This document shows positions 60,560 to 64,000 of a DNA stretch of 64,000 bases, piece after piece. A program made the translations under genes and the position numbers. This stretch comes from a virus (lineage: Duplodnaviria; Caudoviricetes), in IMG/VR virus record IMGVR_UViG_3300049988_000286, positions 256,001 to 320,000 of that record; one strand, 5' to 3'. Within the stretch, counting starts at the first letter, position 1. Every line of letters starts with the position of its first letter. The notes below the pieces were generated by a model. It was not told the origin of the DNA and did no database searches. It saw only the letters and a program-made list of their open reading frames with translations.

Positions 60560-61014
60560 TCACACTCATTGCTGCAATGGATGAAGCTCGCGTCATTGGT
60601 GCAAACAATGCCCTGCCGTGGCACCTTCCGGCAGACTTCGCGCATTTCAAAGCCACGACGATGAAGCAAACCATTATCATGGGGCGTTTGACGTTTGAGA
60701 GTCTGCCGTTGAGGCCGCTCCCGCATCGTCGCAATATTGTCGTGACGCGTGATCTCGATTATACCCGCAACGGTATCGAGGTCGCGCATTCCTTGGATGA
60801 AGCCTTCGAACTCGCGGGATCGGAATGCTTCGTCATCGGTGGACAGAACATCTACGAGCAGACGATCGACCGCGCTCATCGTCTGCTCATCACCCATGTC
60901 TCCGGGGTTCATGAGGGCGACGCCTTCTTCCCCGAGATTGGCGAGCGATGGTCCAAAGCGCGGGTGCTCGGCGCGGGGGAAAAATACCGCATCGTGGAGT
61001 ATATGGCGATTTAG
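60556..61014 (+). CDS. folA: Dihydrofolate reductase
   Basis: LIAAM...IG.NNALPWHLPADF..FK...IMGRLTFESL..RPLP.RRNIVVT...VIGG...GDAFFP. Confidence 0.97.
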   Translation: MITLIAAMDEARVIGANNALPWHLPADFAHFKATTMKQTIIMGRLTFESLPLRPLPHRRNIVVTRDLDYTRNGIEVAHSLDEAFELAGSECFVIGGQNIYEQTIDRAHRLLITHVSGVHEGDAFFPEIGERWSKARVLGAGEKYRIVEYMAI

Positions 61015-61088
61015 ATGTTGACATCCCTACACGGGCGCGTATCAGCACCCTTGCGTATCAAGCAAGTGTGACTGTGTAGGAATCCCAT

Positions 61089-61676
61089 ATGCCGATTTTT
61101 AACGCCCATCCGCGTGACCGGGTAACCGTGTTCATGGATGGCAACAATCTCTACGCTACCCTGCGCGCGCTCGATCTCAAGATCAACTACAAGCGCTTCA
61201 TCGCGCTCTTGCGAGAAGAGACGCGCCTCGTCCGCGTCAATTATTTCACCACGGTGCGCCCCCCGGCCGACGAGCAGATCGATCCCGCCCGCGCGCAGTC
61301 CGATTCACAGCTACGCCGTGTCCTCGATATGATGAGCTTCAATGGCTATCAGGTCGAGATGCGCGAGATGCGCGAATACGGTGACGATTTCGGCAACGTG
61401 CGCTTCAAGGGGACGGTGATCCCTGACATGATCGTCTCGATGATCGACGCCGCTGATGCCAACACTGATCACATCGTGCTGATCAGCGGCGATGGTGATC
61501 TCACCGCTGCCGTGGAGGCGTGCAAGCGCCGTGATGTTCGTGTCACCGTCGTATCGTCGGAGCACGCTGATGTCATCTCCGAGAACCTGCGGCGCTCGTG
61601 TGACCAGTATATCGATATCGAGGATTTGCCCGAGGACGTGATCCTCGACAGCAGCCAGCCTTTCCCCAACGATTAA
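61089..61676 (+). CDS. NYN-domain (LabA/DUF88, PIN-like) protein
   Basis: VFMDGNNL, HIVLISGDGDL...G/DVRVTV...LRRSCDQYIDI; TTGACA at 61018. Confidence 0.85.
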   Translation: MPIFNAHPRDRVTVFMDGNNLYATLRALDLKINYKRFIALLREETRLVRVNYFTTVRPPADEQIDPARAQSDSQLRRVLDMMSFNGYQVEMREMREYGDDFGNVRFKGTVIPDMIVSMIDAADANTDHIVLISGDGDLTAAVEACKRRDVRVTVVSSEHADVISENLRRSCDQYIDIEDLPEDVILDSSQPFPND

Positions 61677-62683
61677 ATCGAGGTTCCCAGTCTTCCAATA
61701 AATCCGTCACGGCCCACAAAGCCGATGAGGGTCTGGATGCACTCGTTGGTCTTGAACAAATTCTGCATGGCGTTTGCGGCACCGAGTTTGCGCAGCAGCG
61801 AAGTGGCCTGATTGGCGTGGGTGAGTTCCCGCCCAATCATGTCGAAGATGCTGGCGCGACCGGCGCTGATCTTCGCCACCGCAGAGTTGACGCTTGCCTT
61901 CTTGTTGAAGAAGTTGTTGAGCGTTGGGGTAAGGAACACGGCGATCTCGCTGCGGACCTGTGTAGCCGTCGCAGAGTCCTTGGCAAAGCCACCCTCGATC
62001 AGAATGGCGTCTACCTGATCCTGAAGACCCGTCCCCTTGACCACGCGGCTCAAGATCGTGTTGTTGACGCGACCGGTAAGGATTTGCACTACCTTGTCGT
62101 CGAAGGTGTTGATCTCACTCTGAATTTGAGTCTTGATCTGCTTCACCTCGGTGAAGACGTTCTGGATGTCGTTCTTGGCCGCGAAGAAACCCGCATAGGC
62201 TTCCTTTCCCGTTGACAGGATCGAGCCGAAGTTCTCCACGAGGCCTCCGCATCCAGCGCTCTGTCCGAGCGCGTTGCGGACGCTCTGCGAAGACGCATAG
62301 AGGGACATCCGATCCGAGAGATTGGCGAAGTGGCTGGTGACATGATTGCGGAACATGCCCGTCATACCACGCGGAAGGCCCACCAAGGCTTGTTTCATCT
62401 CTGCGCTGAATGGGACACCCGAGGAGTCGCGGATGTCCAGCGAGGAGAAATCGTCGAGGGTGAGAGGGGTCTCATCAACGGCGAGCACCACGTTGTCGAA
62501 CTGGGTAGTCGTTGGCGAGAAGCTTCCCATCACCGTGGAGTATTCGACCTTCTTGGCTGCAATCCCGGCGAGATCGGTGCGCAGCGTTGATAGCTGACCC
62601 GACAGGCTATCGTCGAATGCCGTTCCATTGGTGAGATCATCGATGATCCCCTTGGTGTTGTCGGGAATGGAGAAAGTGGCCAT
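61673..62683 (-). CDS. Hypothetical protein (probably baseplate/tail-associated)
   Basis: 336-aa helical protein directly downstream of the PAAR gene. Confidence 0.65.
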   Translation of the reverse strand: MATFSIPDNTKGIIDDLTNGTAFDDSLSGQLSTLRTDLAGIAAKKVEYSTVMGSFSPTTTQFDNVVLAVDETPLTLDDFSSLDIRDSSGVPFSAEMKQALVGLPRGMTGMFRNHVTSHFANLSDRMSLYASSQSVRNALGQSAGCGGLVENFGSILSTGKEAYAGFFAAKNDIQNVFTEVKQIKTQIQSEINTFDDKVVQILTGRVNNTILSRVVKGTGLQDQVDAILIEGGFAKDSATATQVRSEIAVFLTPTLNNFFNKKASVNSAVAKISAGRASIFDMIGRELTHANQATSLLRKLGAANAMQNLFKTNECIQTLIGFVGRDGFIGRLGTSI

Positions 62684-63649
62684 TTAGTATCGGTATCCTG
62701 AATTATAGGCTCCACCCGCCCACCAGCAAATTCGCTTGGCGGAATTCACGCCATTGCGGCGACAGGCTAGATGCAGCCAAGAGTTATTTTCGTGGATGAT
62801 CTGGGTAAACGGTAGCTTGAGCGTGTTGATGATGATCTTCTCGATCTCATCAAGTTTGCGTCCATCGGCCTTCTTACCATTGAAGCGAAACTGCACATCG
62901 CACGCCGAACCGATGTTGTGATCCGACCCATTACTCGCCCGTCGAAACCCTGACGTGATGATCATCGATGACCGACCAAACTTGTCCGCGACTGGATCGA
63001 GGAGATTGGTGGCGAGGTGGCGAAGGTTGCAGATGATCTCGGCCCGGCTCAAACCGCGATTGGCCAGCACCGCGCCCGAAGATGCCCCTCCTCCGCGTGC
63101 GCACGCCGCACCGGAACTCAAATCGGCAAGGGTGAAGTGGCGAGAAATCCGGAGGGAACCGGGGGCATTCTCCGGGATGTCGCGGCACGCGACCGGGGTG
63201 GCTTGGGTCACAGGAGCACCATCGGCGGGCGTGGGCTCACTATCCTGATCGCCACCAGCAGCGGCCATTAGCGCGCGGGATCGCGCTTGAGCGGCCGGAG
63301 AGGCACCAGAGAGGCCTCCGCCGTCCACGCCCTCGTCGAGGGTATCGTCATTTTCCATCAAGGCCTGATCAGCAGCGGAGACGCCGCTGGCGGGCGAGGG
63401 GTTGTTGAAGATGCTCGGGAGGATCATGGCCCCACATGCCGCCAATGCGGTCTGGTGGGCGGTGGCGCGACCATCCGTGAGCGGCATGTTGGGGATGATC
63501 TGGACGATCGGATTCCGACCGTGGATGGGGCAGTCCACCATGTCGCCCATGCGAGCAACGGGCTGGCCGTTGACGCGGCGGGTTGATGATCCTGTGACGA
63601 TCTTGGCATTGTGGGTGCACAGGTCGCCCATCACGGAGGTGGTGAGCAT
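62684..63649 (-). CDS. PAAR-domain protein fused to a peptidase M15-like domain
   Basis: N-terminal PAAR (GDLCTH...VNGQPVARMGD...CPIHG...ACGA); acidic/Gly-Ala linker; C-terminal ITSGFR...SDHNIGSACDV...WLHL. Confidence 0.8.
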   Translation of the reverse strand: MLTTSVMGDLCTHNAKIVTGSSTRRVNGQPVARMGDMVDCPIHGRNPIVQIIPNMPLTDGRATAHQTALAACGAMILPSIFNNPSPASGVSAADQALMENDDTLDEGVDGGGLSGASPAAQARSRALMAAAGGDQDSEPTPADGAPVTQATPVACRDIPENAPGSLRISRHFTLADLSSGAACARGGGASSGAVLANRGLSRAEIICNLRHLATNLLDPVADKFGRSSMIITSGFRRASNGSDHNIGSACDVQFRFNGKKADGRKLDEIEKIIINTLKLPFTQIIHENNSWLHLACRRNGVNSAKRICWWAGGAYNSGYRY

Positions 63650-63900
63650 CAGAGAGCCAATTCCCTGATCTCACTGGGGGTCTGGGAGACCACCATCGTC
63701 TGACCGTTGACGCCGATCATGGTGCCGTAATTGTAAGGGCACGGCGACAGGTAGATGATATCCTCGAACGCGACTTCGAACGAGGACCGCCTTGATACCT
63801 GCCACTCGTATCGGGGACAGAATACAGCCGCGATGCGCCCACACAGCGACGCGGGCGCGACGCAGCAGCGACGGAAGTGAAGGCGCTCCAGCGTAATCAC
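63649..63900 (-). CDS. Hypothetical small protein
   Basis: Coupled to the PAAR gene by TGATG. Confidence 0.55.
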   Translation of the reverse strand: MITLERLHFRRCCVAPASLCGRIAAVFCPRYEWQVSRRSSFEVAFEDIIYLSPCPYNYGTMIGVNGQTMVVSQTPSEIRELAL

Positions 63901-64000
63901 AGCAGCGGGCTGCTCGGCGCGAGATCGAGGCCCGAGGTCATCTTCACATAGGCGGCAACGAGTTCGTCACGCGGGCGCATGGCCTCGATGAGGATCGCCG
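63897..64000 (-). CDS. Partial CDS (3' end only)
   Basis: ...AILIEAMRPRDELVAAYVKMTSGLDLAPSSPLL*; continues beyond the window. Confidence 0.55.
   Translation of the reverse strand, partial: AILIEAMRPRDELVAAYVKMTSGLDLAPSSPLL

Noticed and set aside
61089-61676. Catalytically dead NYN decoy
   Set aside because: The central acidic motif looks shifted (KGTVIPDM), but the other Asp motifs are intact; this cannot be judged without an alignment.

Overview
The window is a 64-kb segment of a large, GC-rich, T4-like/jumbo myophage genome. The host is most likely an alphaproteobacterium, inferred from a Ros/MucR gene and pervasive leaderless genes. Recognisable genes include a T4-T-like holin candidate, a standalone PolA-type 3'-5' exonuclease, a ParB-like protein, three tRNA-Lys genes, tail/neck genes (fibre-like, gp14-like, gp15-like, PAAR), a GH19 endolysin, a Ter/TelA operon, a DNA methyltransferase, MucR, HD/HAD hydrolases, an Acb1-like 2H phosphoesterase, a nucleotidyltransferase, dNMP kinase, denV, HNH, thyA, folA and NYN. 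The least explained signals are: (1) a ~560-nt promoter-driven, GNRA-tetraloop-rich structured RNA candidate at ~655-1215 (minus strand); (2) a tandem array of 12 divergent small paralogs sharing a C-terminal G-D-E/D-H-x-L-T-L-A-x-L-L motif (12.3-17.4 kb); (3) late TAAATA promoters placed 4-5 nt before the ATG, often inside hairpins, together with leaderless sigma70 genes; (4) late genes with capsid-targeting-like leaders carrying ART/GNAT/ATPase domains; (5) several possible counter-defence genes (variant tRNA-Lys trio, Walker-B E-to-Q ABC ATPase, Acb1-like fusion, orphan Xre/MbcA antitoxin domain). No CRISPR array, integrase, transposase or reverse transcriptase was seen. All family assignments come from motifs read by eye; no database search was run.
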